IMG/VR virus record: IMGVR_UViG_3300042997_000260
Coordinates: 1-34,409 of that record
Reading direction: 5' to 3' (one strand)
DNA from: a virus
Taxonomy: Duplodnaviria > Caudoviricetes
DNA length: 34,409 nt
Each line of letters opens with the position of its first letter. Position 1 is the stretch's first letter. This document shows positions 34,027 through 34,409 of this stretch, in pieces. The notes under the pieces were generated by a model. That model did not search any database and was not told where the DNA came from. It saw nothing but the letters and a program-made list of their open reading frames with translations. The position numbers and the translations under genes were made by a program.

Positions 34027-34409
34027 AATGGCTGGCCCTGCTCCTGCTGACGGCTGCGCCTGCTCATGCTTATGAGATCACCCGCGTGATCGACGGCGAC
34101 ACGGTTGAGATTGCGGTGGACTTCCTACCGAAGCCCTTGCCGCCCAAGCTGTCGATCCGTGTGATTGGTATCGATACGCCCGAGAAAGCACCTCGCGCTC
34201 AATGCGATGCGGAAGCAGCCTTGGCTAAGAAGGCCAGCGCCTTCACCAAGAACGCTGTGGCCAATGCGCTTGAGGTCGATGTCAAGATCTTGAAGTGGGA
34301 CAAGTACGGTGGCCGTGTGCTGGGTGAGGTCTACCTAGACCATCAGAGCCTGGCCCAAAGCCTGATCTCTGCCGGCCTGGCTCGCCCCTACAAGGGCGAT
34401 GCCAAGTCC
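34023..34409 (+). CDS. Secreted thermonuclease (SNase family); continues across the junction to stop at 148
   Basis: Signal-like MKWLALLLLTAAPAHA, then RVIDGDTV, IRVIGIDTPE and DKYGGRVLG; 133 aa when joined through the terminal repeat. Confidence 0.88.
   Translation, partial: MKWLALLLLTAAPAHAYEITRVIDGDTVEIAVDFLPKPLPPKLSIRVIGIDTPEKAPRAQCDAEAALAKKASAFTKNAVANALEVDVKILKWDKYGGRVLGEVYLDHQSLAQSLISAGLARPYKGDAKS
34277..34402. repeat. Terminal direct repeat, right copy
   Basis: Identical to 1-126. Confidence 0.95.

Noticed and set aside
1-34409. Stop-codon reassignment
   Set aside because: Genes tile densely under the standard code, and all three stop codons end well-supported genes.

Overview
The window is an essentially complete (~34,276-bp unit length), circularly permuted genome of a short-tailed dsDNA phage. 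Bases 1-126 are repeated at 34277-34402. The structural module resembles the BPP-1/HTVC010P group: TerS, TerL, T7 gp8-like portal, scaffold, capsid, cement, tail adaptor and nozzle, ejection proteins, fibres. A short leftward arm of small early genes (2353-5397) diverges from a long rightward arm: Cro-like HTH, resolvase, PD-(D/E)XK exonuclease, putative SSB, HNH, primase-helicase, iteron array, packaging, head, tail, and a membrane/lysis cluster with a secreted SNase-type nuclease and a GH19 endolysin. I recognise no integrase, DNA polymerase, RNA polymerase, reverse transcriptase, tRNA or CRISPR array. The best candidate for an undescribed system is an extra protein in the ejection-protein block (23348-25675). 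Its C-terminus carries HhH-GPD/Endonuclease III-like DNA glycosylase motifs, and it is overlapped by a small acidic gene (25629-25817). This looks like a virion-delivered DNA-damaging effector with a cognate immunity protein. Other signals are a strand-composition switch and IHF-like boxes inside inverted repeats between terS and terL, and two candidate structured RNAs (2247-2340 and 16933-17021). All family assignments come from motif recognition and synteny; no database search was run.
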